Assembly: GCA_002726845.1 (NCBI GenBank)
Contig: PBSP01000065.1
Coordinates: 1 to 34,667 of the forward strand
DNA from: Methanobacteriota archaeon
GTDB lineage: Archaea; Thermoplasmatota; Poseidoniia; Poseidoniales; Poseidoniaceae
Reading direction: 5' to 3'
DNA length: 34,667 nucleotides
Made by a program: the position numbers and the translations under genes
Part shown: positions 14,678-22,193 of the stretch, piece after piece
How positions within the stretch are numbered: position 1 is the first letter of the stretch
Layout: every line of letters begins with the position of its first letter
The notes under the pieces: generated by a model
Databases searched by the model: none
Seen by the model: only the letters and a program-made list of their open reading frames with translations
Told to the model about the DNA's origin: nothing

Positions 14678-15760
14678 ATGGAAGAAGAACGTTTGGTGTT
14701 TCTCTCAACGTCATCCCATGGCGATGGCGTACGTCACCAAATTGAGAAGGTACTTGAACAACGAAGTAAGTCCTTCAATGCAATTCTTCGACAAGTACCA
14801 AGCATAGGAGATGCCGTCAAACTCCTGACAGATGGGGTTGGTGATGTTGTGGCCATGAGCCCCGAGAATTGGTTGGAACATCAAGCCGATCACCTCAAAA
14901 TCATAGGATTGCTTACCCGCCGAGAACCGACCTGGGTTTTGGTGAGTGACGACAAGCCAGAATATCTAATCAAAAATGCGAACATTGTTTGCCATCATCC
15001 TCTCATAAAACGACAGATGCTGCGTTTGCGACAAGATTTCAACCTGTTGGATAAAGAACATGTTGGACTCAATGAATTTGATGCAGACTCCCGAGAGGAG
15101 ATTGAATTTCTTGAGAACCTCCGAGGAGAGGGTAAAATCGACGGTTATGTCGCAAAACGCTCGCAATACAATCTTCTTACAACGAAAACACGTCGTCATA
15201 CACTTGGATTGCACAAGGGTTCTCCTGAACGCTCGCATTTTGTTCCTCCTCCCTTGAATGGCTTCACGCTGCTCGTTGGACGAACCGGATTCCCAAAGAA
15301 CAAGATAGAACACATCATCGACTCGCCAGCAGAGTTTGCTTATCGTATTGAATCTGCTCTTGTCAGTAACGTCCCGGATGATCTCGTCGATTTTACAGGA
15401 ATTCACGTTGAACAACGAAGCATTGGAACGATTCTCAGAGAAGCCAAAGGCAACAACGACGATTGGACCATGACCGCAGTCATCGATCCAGAAAAAAAGG
15501 TACGAGACAAAGGAGTTCGGATTGAGATGAGAATTGAAACCATCAGTGTTGACGGTAAAGTTACGGCATCTGCTGAACAAATCGGTCCACCAGATAAGCA
15601 CAGAGTCGCCATGGTCAATCTTCTTCAGGAATGGAGCAGTATGTTGACTACCCTAACTTCGGATCATAACGCCACAAAACGCAGGATAAGAAACATGCCT
15701 GATGCGTTTCATGACGAGCGTCCTGCGATGATGCGAATTCATTCCGACGAATCGGAGTAA
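14678..15760 (+). CDS. hypothetical protein, collinear with porphobilinogen deaminase (HemC) fold but lacking its catalytic residues
   Basis: GAGGTGA lies 5 nt upstream of the ATG. Collinear resemblance to HemC: LLTDGVGDVVAMSPENWLEHQADHLKIIGLLTRREPTWVLVS versus ALL.g.iDiAVHSmKDvP.e.p.gL.l.a...REDprDalVS. Also IVCHHPLIKRQML versus iGTSSlRRq.Ql, and VPPPLNGFTLLVGR versus lPAvGQGAlgIE.R. Confidence 0.5.
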   Translation: MEEERLVFLSTSSHGDGVRHQIEKVLEQRSKSFNAILRQVPSIGDAVKLLTDGVGDVVAMSPENWLEHQADHLKIIGLLTRREPTWVLVSDDKPEYLIKNANIVCHHPLIKRQMLRLRQDFNLLDKEHVGLNEFDADSREEIEFLENLRGEGKIDGYVAKRSQYNLLTTKTRRHTLGLHKGSPERSHFVPPPLNGFTLLVGRTGFPKNKIEHIIDSPAEFAYRIESALVSNVPDDLVDFTGIHVEQRSIGTILREAKGNNDDWTMTAVIDPEKKVRDKGVRIEMRIETISVDGKVTASAEQIGPPDKHRVAMVNLLQEWSSMLTTLTSDHNATKRRIRNMPDAFHDERPAMMRIHSDESE

Positions 15761-16356
15761 CCAAGTTGACGCCTTGCCTCATCGAGTGATTGTTCGTTTT
15801 TGTTTTCACCAACTAGGACGATTTCAAAACCGTTTTCTGTCAGGTATTTTTCCAACTCAATGAGTGCTACATCGGGATTGGGATCGCACAGATTGGCAAT
15901 AATTTCGTCAATCTCTCTTCCAGTTGCCTCCCAGCCACCAGCAGCTTTTTGCAACTCAATTGCAAATCGTTCAACGATTTCAACCGCAGATCGGCTTGGC
16001 GTTTGTGCCTCTCGCAGTGAGGCTGCAACCGTTTCGTGTTGTTCACGAAGTTGTTGAATTTCGACAAGCGTCGATTGAAGAACGCCTCTGAATTCCTCGA
16101 GGTTGTTGTTTTTGGAATACCGTCGATGTGCTTTGTCCAATTTTCCACTGATTGAGGATGCACCAGCTGCAATTGCTTCTTTCGCCTTCACCGCTTGAAC
16201 GATAGCTTCGCTTGCGAGTTGGATTCGTTGACTTAGCGTATCGTTGAAACGCCTTGTTTGATCGGCGACATCTCTTCGCACAATTTCACGAAGCGTGTTA
16301 CCAAGTTCGTTGGCTTCTTTGAGCATGGTCTTTGCTGCTTTTTCTGCTGACACCAT
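15739..16356 (-). CDS. hypothetical all-helical / coiled-coil protein
   Basis: 205 aa with GGTGATGGA directly upstream of the ATG. Long heptad-like helical stretches (AEKAAKTMLKEANELGNTLREIVRR..., LQSTLVEIQQLREQHETVAASLREAQ). No family recognised. The 3' end overlaps the preceding plus-strand gene by 22 nt. Confidence 0.6.
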   Translation of the reverse strand: MVSAEKAAKTMLKEANELGNTLREIVRRDVADQTRRFNDTLSQRIQLASEAIVQAVKAKEAIAAGASSISGKLDKAHRRYSKNNNLEEFRGVLQSTLVEIQQLREQHETVAASLREAQTPSRSAVEIVERFAIELQKAAGGWEATGREIDEIIANLCDPNPDVALIELEKYLTENGFEIVLVGENKNEQSLDEARRQLGYSDSSE

Positions 16357-16527
16357 TCCATCACCGTCAAACCCTGCGTGTCGAACGTGTTTGAAGGTTT
16401 AGTCAAAGAAAGGCAAAAATTTGCGTTCTCTCGCTCGAAACAATCGAAGCCGAAAACGGCTCATTGATGCCAATTTGACAGCGAAACCACATATACTGTA
16501 AGGAAACAACCAAGCATAGGTGAACTG

Positions 16528-18282
16528 ATGAGCAATCGTTCCAATCTTCTATCAGAGCTCTATCAAGCGCGTCTTGAAGACCTCAAGGAGATTGCATCAG
16601 CATATGGACTTGCAAAAAACGGTTCAGTTGAATATCTTCGTGCTCAGTTAATTCGCGACTTAATTCTTCCAGAATGGGACTTAACATTGGATGGTCTCAA
16701 AAACATACTGAACAATGACCTTGGGAAGTTACTCGGTGTTTTCGGAATAAAGAAAACGGGTTCGCTTCGAACGCGCCGTCAGCGTCTTTACTTGCATCTG
16801 AACCACGATCCAAAGCAACTCAAAGAGGATAACCTTGACAAAATGACGAAAGAAGAACTCCATGGCCTTTGCAAAGCCTTAGAATTGCCGCGATCGGGGA
16901 ATCGTCAAACACTTCTCATTCGAGTAGCGGGCGTTCTTTCTGCCCAGCACAAAAATTGGGGAACAATAAAGCGTTCACTGAAACGAGGAGGAGGATCGGT
17001 AGTAATTCCATCTCCCAGTCATTTGGACGATGAACAGCAGACAGAAGCACCTACAATTTCGCAAACTGTCGAAGATTTCGTCAGTGAACACCCAGAGGGA
17101 TGGACATTTGAACAGGAGTCGGAATTGATCGAAACCATTGAAGAGACCTTCGATGACACTCCACTTTCCGAAGTTGCAGCATCTATAGAAAAGGGCTTAT
17201 CAGGACAAAACGAAGCTACTGAACAACCGATTCCGCCAATGATGCAAGAACTCTCATCCGAAGAACCAACGCTCGAAGAGGAGGCCGCATTGTTGGAAAT
17301 TTCTTCACGTCGAGCAGAAGTTGAAGCCGCAGCGAGAGATTTCTTACTTGTTGGCAGCACAACCGATGTGGAGGACATGGGTTCCTTCATCATGAGTCTC
17401 TCCAACCATGGATTTTCTGTTGAGTTGGTTCGCGTTCAAGACGCTATCCGAACCATCATTATGGAAACAGCATTCCGATCTGAACAAGAACAGCATGCTC
17501 TTTCCAACAAACCAGGGTCATGGTCAGAACGAGAAGCAATTCGTTTGTTTGAACAAATGCGCCCACAATTGAGGGAACGAATACCTGAAATTGTTGCAGG
17601 ACGTCGAGGAAATCTCGTACAGGCTCGAATGGAGTTTGAAGAAGAAGCAAGAGGGCTTGGTTTGGATTTGAGGAGTCCTGCAGTATCCGGACGATTGCAC
17701 GCACTGTTTGACCTACATCTGGAGATCAGTGAAGCTGAAGAGTTGCAAGACCCATCCGCAGCAAGACGGAATCGAATGCTTCGAATCCTCTATCATGGAG
17801 CTGTTCATCTACCCGATGATGTACGCCGAACCATTGAACGACTTGAGAGAAATTTACCTTCATTTGAATCGCTTGTAGAAACCGTTCTTGAGTCAAGTGA
17901 AGGAGATTTTTCAGAAGCCCAGCAAAGCCTCATCATCCGATTCCTTGAATCAAAGGGTTATCTTGTTAACACTGCAGAATTGCGCCCACGGGTTTTGGCA
18001 TGTGCAGGTATTGTAGGAACAGAGCTCGGGTACCTAACACCGAGTCAGATTCCCCGTCTTGCTCCTGGAATATTGGTAAGCGACGATCAGGTTGACGCAA
18101 TTGTAGCGGAACTCAAAGCTCTTGCTGCGACATTCAAACCCCAAGAGATCGACGTTGAAGAACCTGAAATGCAGGTCGCAGAATCTGTTGCTGATGCTTC
18201 AAGTCGAGTCGGAGATGTTCGCGGACAAATTGATCGAGTCGATGCGCTGTTGTCACGCCTTCGCCTTCAAGACCATCAATGA
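16528..18282 (+). CDS. acidic protein with three tandem N-terminal SAP/HeH (Rho_N-like) motifs
   Basis: AGGTGA lies 6 nt upstream of the ATG. The three motifs are LYQARLEDLKEIASAYGLAKNGSVEYLRAQLIRDL, LDGLKNILNNDLGKLLGVFGIKKTGSLRTRRQRLYLHL and LDKMTKEELHGLCKALELPRSGNRQTLLIRVAGVL. The remaining ~440 aa are acidic and helical, with no recognisable catalytic motif. Confidence 0.6.
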   Translation: MSNRSNLLSELYQARLEDLKEIASAYGLAKNGSVEYLRAQLIRDLILPEWDLTLDGLKNILNNDLGKLLGVFGIKKTGSLRTRRQRLYLHLNHDPKQLKEDNLDKMTKEELHGLCKALELPRSGNRQTLLIRVAGVLSAQHKNWGTIKRSLKRGGGSVVIPSPSHLDDEQQTEAPTISQTVEDFVSEHPEGWTFEQESELIETIEETFDDTPLSEVAASIEKGLSGQNEATEQPIPPMMQELSSEEPTLEEEAALLEISSRRAEVEAAARDFLLVGSTTDVEDMGSFIMSLSNHGFSVELVRVQDAIRTIIMETAFRSEQEQHALSNKPGSWSEREAIRLFEQMRPQLRERIPEIVAGRRGNLVQARMEFEEEARGLGLDLRSPAVSGRLHALFDLHLEISEAEELQDPSAARRNRMLRILYHGAVHLPDDVRRTIERLERNLPSFESLVETVLESSEGDFSEAQQSLIIRFLESKGYLVNTAELRPRVLACAGIVGTELGYLTPSQIPRLAPGILVSDDQVDAIVAELKALAATFKPQEIDVEEPEMQVAESVADASSRVGDVRGQIDRVDALLSRLRLQDHQ

Positions 18283-19520
18283 TGGTTTTGTGCGTAAAAA
18301 TTCTGGATAACCGTTGTTACGGATTGAATGTCAGTTATGTCTCTGGCAATCAGGTCTTCTATGATTTGTTGTCGCTGTTGAACGTGTTTTTCAAACACAT
18401 CTGGCGAAACACCAGCAGCGCGGCAAATAACTTCCCGTAGATTCGATGGAATTCCTGTTTCTTCGATTTGATCGGTCGCAGCATTGTACTTCCAGATCGT
18501 ATTTAATCGAGGTTTGGAACCTTCCATACCGGCTATTTCGGCAACTTCGGTAATCTTACGTGCGGTTTTACCGTTCACGTGCAGACGGGCTTGAATAATG
18601 ATCAGGTCAAGTCCAGTAAGCATAATTGGTGGAACGTTCATCGGGGGATTGATCATTCGTGTGACGGTCTCTTGAGCAGTGTTAGCGTGAAGACTTCCAA
18701 ACGAACCGTCATGTCCTGTATTCATCGCGGTAAGAAGTGTGGCTGCTTCAGGACCTCGAACTTCTCCAACAATAATGCGATCGGGTCGCATACGCAGACT
18801 GGATTTCAGACAATCGTTCATGTCCACTTCAGGCGTTCCGTCCGGTCGCTCTCGACGGGTTTCCATTCGCAACCAGTGGTCGTGATACACTTGCAACTCA
18901 GCGGTATCCTCAACTGTGAGAAGACGCCGGTGCCATGGAATGTACATGCCTAGGCAATTCAGTGTAGTAGTTTTACCGGAACCGGTTCCACCAGCAATAA
19001 CAAAGTTCGCTGGTCGACTGTCCAGACCTTCAATCCACACCCACATCATCGCAGCCAATCGAGAATTGACCGTGCCAAATTTCACCAAGTCAATCATTGT
19101 TAGTGGGTCCTCCTTGAATTTCCGGATGGTGAGTGTAGGTCCATCGGGAGAAACAGGAGGTATCGTACCGTTTACACGAGATCCATCAGGAAGTCGACCA
19201 TCGAAAATGGGAACCATTCCAGGACCATCACCAAGTGGAACATTGGTAAACGCTGCGATGTTTTTCGCAATTTGGAGCCCTGCTTCATCGTTGATCCAGA
19301 CGTTCGTACGGCACATGCCGTGCTTACGATGCGCCACTTTCACACATTGCGTACCACCGTTGTACATCACTTCTTCCAAATTGTCGTCTTCAAACAAGAC
19401 TGCAAGGTCGCCGTGTGGGTTCGGGGCGACGGAACCCTCAACATGATAAATTGGTGAGGGGTGATTCGATTCGGTGTAGATTGTTACGTTACCGTATTGT
19501 TCAATTATTTGTTCAGACAT
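18276..19520 (-). CDS. type II/IV secretion-system ATPase (archaeal FlaI/PilB / TadA-CpaF-like)
   Basis: Walker A AGGTGSGKTTT, Walker B/Asp box RPDRIIVGEVRG, His box TGHDGSFGSLHAN; 414 aa. GGAGGT lies 6 nt upstream of the ATG. Confidence 0.9.
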   Translation of the reverse strand: MSEQIIEQYGNVTIYTESNHPSPIYHVEGSVAPNPHGDLAVLFEDDNLEEVMYNGGTQCVKVAHRKHGMCRTNVWINDEAGLQIAKNIAAFTNVPLGDGPGMVPIFDGRLPDGSRVNGTIPPVSPDGPTLTIRKFKEDPLTMIDLVKFGTVNSRLAAMMWVWIEGLDSRPANFVIAGGTGSGKTTTLNCLGMYIPWHRRLLTVEDTAELQVYHDHWLRMETRRERPDGTPEVDMNDCLKSSLRMRPDRIIVGEVRGPEAATLLTAMNTGHDGSFGSLHANTAQETVTRMINPPMNVPPIMLTGLDLIIIQARLHVNGKTARKITEVAEIAGMEGSKPRLNTIWKYNAATDQIEETGIPSNLREVICRAAGVSPDVFEKHVQQRQQIIEDLIARDITDIQSVTTVIQNFYAQNHH

Positions 19521-19523
19521 GTT

Positions 19524-20255
19524 TCAACCTCCAAGCATTTTTGTTGCGCCCAAGAAAATAAACATCGACATTGCCATCCATCCGGGGACAAACCACATGG
19601 TGTCTCGCATTCGGCCGAGCATGCGACCGGAAACGGCCACACCTACAGCGCTTGCAGCGGCAAAGAAGAGGCTGAAGGTTGAAAGAAAACCCTCGATTTG
19701 GAAACCTGCTGATGCTGGTGTGAAGAGCCCAACGAGGAAACCAATAAGTCCGGGCAAGCCGATGCAAACGAACAAAACGATGAGAATTCCACGCCCTTGA
19801 AGCTCAGATTCCCGTTTGTTCATCAAGTCGTTGAGGCGTTCATAATCCATGGACAAGTTCATCAGAATGTCTTGAAGTGGAGCGTTTTGCTCGATCGCTG
19901 TTTCAAGAAGATGCATGACCCTTTGCACCTGTGACGAGCGGGTCTTCGTGGCAAAACTTGAGAGTGCAGCATCAAAAGAACTTGAATGGCTTTCTTTTAG
20001 CGTCTCTTCAAGAAGCGGCCCAAGTGGAGCAGGAGCCGATTTGGCTTGATGCTGCATGGCTTCCTGAATACCCAGTCCTGCACCGACTTCGTCGGATAAA
20101 CCTTCCAAGAATGAGGGAAGAGCGTTTTCGATTTTCCGCCGACGAATGCGTTCTCGGATCGGTGGTATACCGCCTCCAATCATTGAAAGGCCAACAACAC
20201 CGAGCATCAACATCATCGGTTGATTGCTAAACGATTCGAGGAAACGAAACAACAC
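19524..20255 (-). CDS. T2SSF-domain platform protein (TadC / FlaJ C-terminal-half-like)
   Basis: N-terminal TM, then LPSFLEGLSDEVGAGLGIQEAMQHQAKSAPAPLGPLLEETL (lP.fl..la..l.aG.sl.eAl motif), then C-terminal TMs. GTG 20255 start, 4 nt after the preceding stop. Confidence 0.75.
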   Translation of the reverse strand: MLFRFLESFSNQPMMLMLGVVGLSMIGGGIPPIRERIRRRKIENALPSFLEGLSDEVGAGLGIQEAMQHQAKSAPAPLGPLLEETLKESHSSSFDAALSSFATKTRSSQVQRVMHLLETAIEQNAPLQDILMNLSMDYERLNDLMNKRESELQGRGILIVLFVCIGLPGLIGFLVGLFTPASAGFQIEGFLSTFSLFFAAASAVGVAVSGRMLGRMRDTMWFVPGWMAMSMFIFLGATKMLGG

Positions 20256-20259
20256 GGTA

Positions 20260-20841
20260 TCACAATCCTGGATCTTTCGTGTGCGTCTTCAAACCGATCA
20301 TTATCATTGCAAACAGCGTGAGAAAAAGACCGATGTTGAGGACGACGTTGATTGTTGATTGTTCTGGAATGGGCATGATGTCCCCCATTCCATCACCCCC
20401 CATCAACTGCGGAAACAAGCCAAAAACGGAGAGGATGATTGGACCAATCATTCCTATTGAGAGCAAGGATTCCGGTACACCACTGAGATCTTCAATGTAC
20501 TTTTTCACATCTTCTGTCCGCTCTTCTTCCATTCGACTTCCTTGTTTTTTGAGCGTGTCAATGATGTCTGTGTTTTGTGTAATGTTCATGTGCATGATGT
20601 TGAGCAATCTACGGTATCCTTCCGTCTCCACCTTGCCCATAAGTGCCTTGATTTCTTTTTCCAAGGGGCGTCCACCTTTCCGGACCTTATCCATCATGCT
20701 ACCAAAATCTTCGGAAATAACTCCGTATCCACCTTGCGATATACTGTGAATGGTTGCTTCCAATCCGATACCAGACGACATGAGGACGTCCATTGCACGA
20801 ATCACGTACAGGACCTCACGTTTTTCGTCAAGTTTTCGCAT
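20260..20841 (-). CDS. T2SSF-domain platform protein (TadB / FlaJ N-terminal-half-like)
   Basis: VIRAMDVLMSSGIGLEATIHSISQGGYGVISEDFGSMMDKVRKGG resembles the first T2SSF repeat of FlaJ/PilC. Two C-terminal TMs. ATG 20841 is 5 nt after GAGGTGG, which overlaps the upstream stop. The ORF-track TTG 20868 would overlap the upstream gene. Confidence 0.75.
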   Translation of the reverse strand: MRKLDEKREVLYVIRAMDVLMSSGIGLEATIHSISQGGYGVISEDFGSMMDKVRKGGRPLEKEIKALMGKVETEGYRRLLNIMHMNITQNTDIIDTLKKQGSRMEEERTEDVKKYIEDLSGVPESLLSIGMIGPIILSVFGLFPQLMGGDGMGDIMPIPEQSTINVVLNIGLFLTLFAMIMIGLKTHTKDPGL

Positions 20842-20851
20842 CGTTTCCACC

Positions 20852-21205
20852 TCAAATAACGTCTTCAATCAGTTCAAACACAAATTTTTCTGTAGATCCT
20901 TCGTATTCCAAAGAAGCGAAAATCACCTTGACATCGCGCTCCTCGAACGGATCGTGAATGAAGGGCTGACCTGTTCGAAACATTTTCAGAATCTTCTTGT
21001 AGTCGTCGATTGACAGAATACCTCGGACCGTGTATATGGTCGATTCAGCGCCCTCATCATGCAGATTGTCGCCCTCTCCTCCACGAATGATGGTCCGTGT
21101 TAGACGCCTTGCAATTTTGATGTCGATATCTGCGTTTGGAATTCGAATCCAATCTGCAGAACCTGTTCCAGTTGCCGGTCGAATGAAGAAATCCATGCCT
21201 GCCAT
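20852..21205 (-). CDS. hypothetical 117-aa protein (orphan between rpa32-like and pilus-platform genes)
   Basis: ATG 21205 is preceded by AGGGGT. The longer track ORF (to 21316) would overlap the upstream gene by 53 nt. Sequence MAGMDFFIRPATGTGSADWIRIPNADIDIKIARRL... has no recognised family. Confidence 0.55.
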   Translation of the reverse strand: MAGMDFFIRPATGTGSADWIRIPNADIDIKIARRLTRTIIRGGEGDNLHDEGAESTIYTVRGILSIDDYKKILKMFRTGQPFIHDPFEERDVKVIFASLEYEGSTEKFVFELIEDVI

Positions 21206-21263
21206 GATGACCCCTAGATGCTTGAGGGGGTAGGCGAGATTTGAATGTAATGGAACAATTTGT

Positions 21264-22193
21264 TCAAGCCACAATTTTGAACCAGCCGAATCGAGGCTCA
21301 TGCAGTGTGCCATCATCGCTCATCGCATCGAGTTCTGCTTCCGACTGTTCACGAGTGAATCCCCGTGACGAGAGATTGCGCACCAAGGATTCAAAGTCGA
21401 CGCCTTCTCCATTGTCCATGCTTTGTATGCACTCCAAAATAACCGATTGCAGGTCTACTCCATCGGTTTTTATCTCATCTTCAGTCGTTGAATCCGAAAG
21501 TTCGAGTTTCGGAGGTGCTGTTGTTGCTGCGGCCATTTTACCTTCTGCTATGTCAAGTGCCTGCATGACGTTGAGGCGATATCCCTCCGTGTCGATTTGT
21601 CCGTAATGGGCATTGGCTGCAATCAATCCATCAATCATTTTCGCTGGTATACCTTGCTGCATCATGGCTTCTTTGGTGGGTTCACAGTTGAGCGATTTTT
21701 GATGTTGATCGAGTCGCTCAAGCGTTTCAGAACAAGCACGAACAAGCCAAGAGGCGTATCGTTCACGTGAAACAACAGCTGCCTCTTCCGGTCGAATCGA
21801 GGTGTAAACGGCCCCTTCGTCCGTTTGGTACCAACGGGCCTTCGCCGTCATACACAGTAAAACGGGTTCACCGGATTCGACTTTATCGTGCAACTGAATC
21901 ACAAATTCACGCATTGATTCTGTTGCGTATTCTCCGACAGAGAAGTAGTATAGCCCAGAGGGGTCACGTATCTGTCCTTGGTACATTTGCGATCCGTTGC
22001 TTGTCTCACGCAATTCGAGGCGCTCAACAAGGCCTGAAAGGATAACACGGTTGACTTTCGCACCAAGTTTTGTAATGACAAATGTCGGGTCAAACTCTCC
22101 AGATCCTTTCTCATTGAGCGTAGACTCACCAAACTCTGATGCAAGCATGAACCATGCAGGCTGACGTTGAATTTGTCGTGAGGGGGTCATCAT
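21264..22193 (-). CDS. RPA32-like / RPA-associated OB-fold protein with C-terminal winged-helix
   Basis: OB-like core is FVITKLGAKVNRVILSGLVERLELRE...YQGQIRDPSGLYYFSVGEY. The C-terminus SVILECIQSMDNGEGVDFESLVRNLSSRGFTREQSEAELDAMSDDGTLHEPRFGWFKIV parallels the RPA32 wH domain. ATG 22193 overlaps the rpa stop (ATGA). Confidence 0.6.
   Translation of the reverse strand: MMTPSRQIQRQPAWFMLASEFGESTLNEKGSGEFDPTFVITKLGAKVNRVILSGLVERLELRETSNGSQMYQGQIRDPSGLYYFSVGEYATESMREFVIQLHDKVESGEPVLLCMTAKARWYQTDEGAVYTSIRPEEAAVVSRERYASWLVRACSETLERLDQHQKSLNCEPTKEAMMQQGIPAKMIDGLIAANAHYGQIDTEGYRLNVMQALDIAEGKMAAATTAPPKLELSDSTTEDEIKTDGVDLQSVILECIQSMDNGEGVDFESLVRNLSSRGFTREQSEAELDAMSDDGTLHEPRFGWFKIVA

Noticed and set aside
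14966-15601. 211-aa minus-strand ORF antisense to the HemC-like gene
   Set aside because: It is fully nested in the longer 360-aa ORF, which has an SD and fold-level collinearity with HemC. No motif or SD exists for the antisense frame.
16357-16527. Possible tRNA, C/D-box sRNA or other ncRNA in the largest intergenic regions (also 23900-24053, 34242-34369, 33819-33917)
   Set aside because: No acceptor-stem/T-loop (GTTCRANYC) arrangement was found, and no properly spaced C (RUGAUGA) and D (CUGA) boxes. The TGATGA at 16526 is just the SAP-gene start region, and AATGACGA at 24019 lacks a partner D box. Only short 4-6 bp hairpins are present.
19524-20841. Reading the two T2SSF genes as one frameshifted flaJ pseudogene
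   Set aside because: Each half contains one complete T2SSF repeat with its own TM helices. The first ends cleanly after a TM helix, and the second has an in-frame GTG/TTG start 4 nt downstream. Separate TadB/TadC genes are a known architecture. This is not fully excluded, because a single-base assembly error would produce the same picture, so it is kept as a check under the Tad-like finding.
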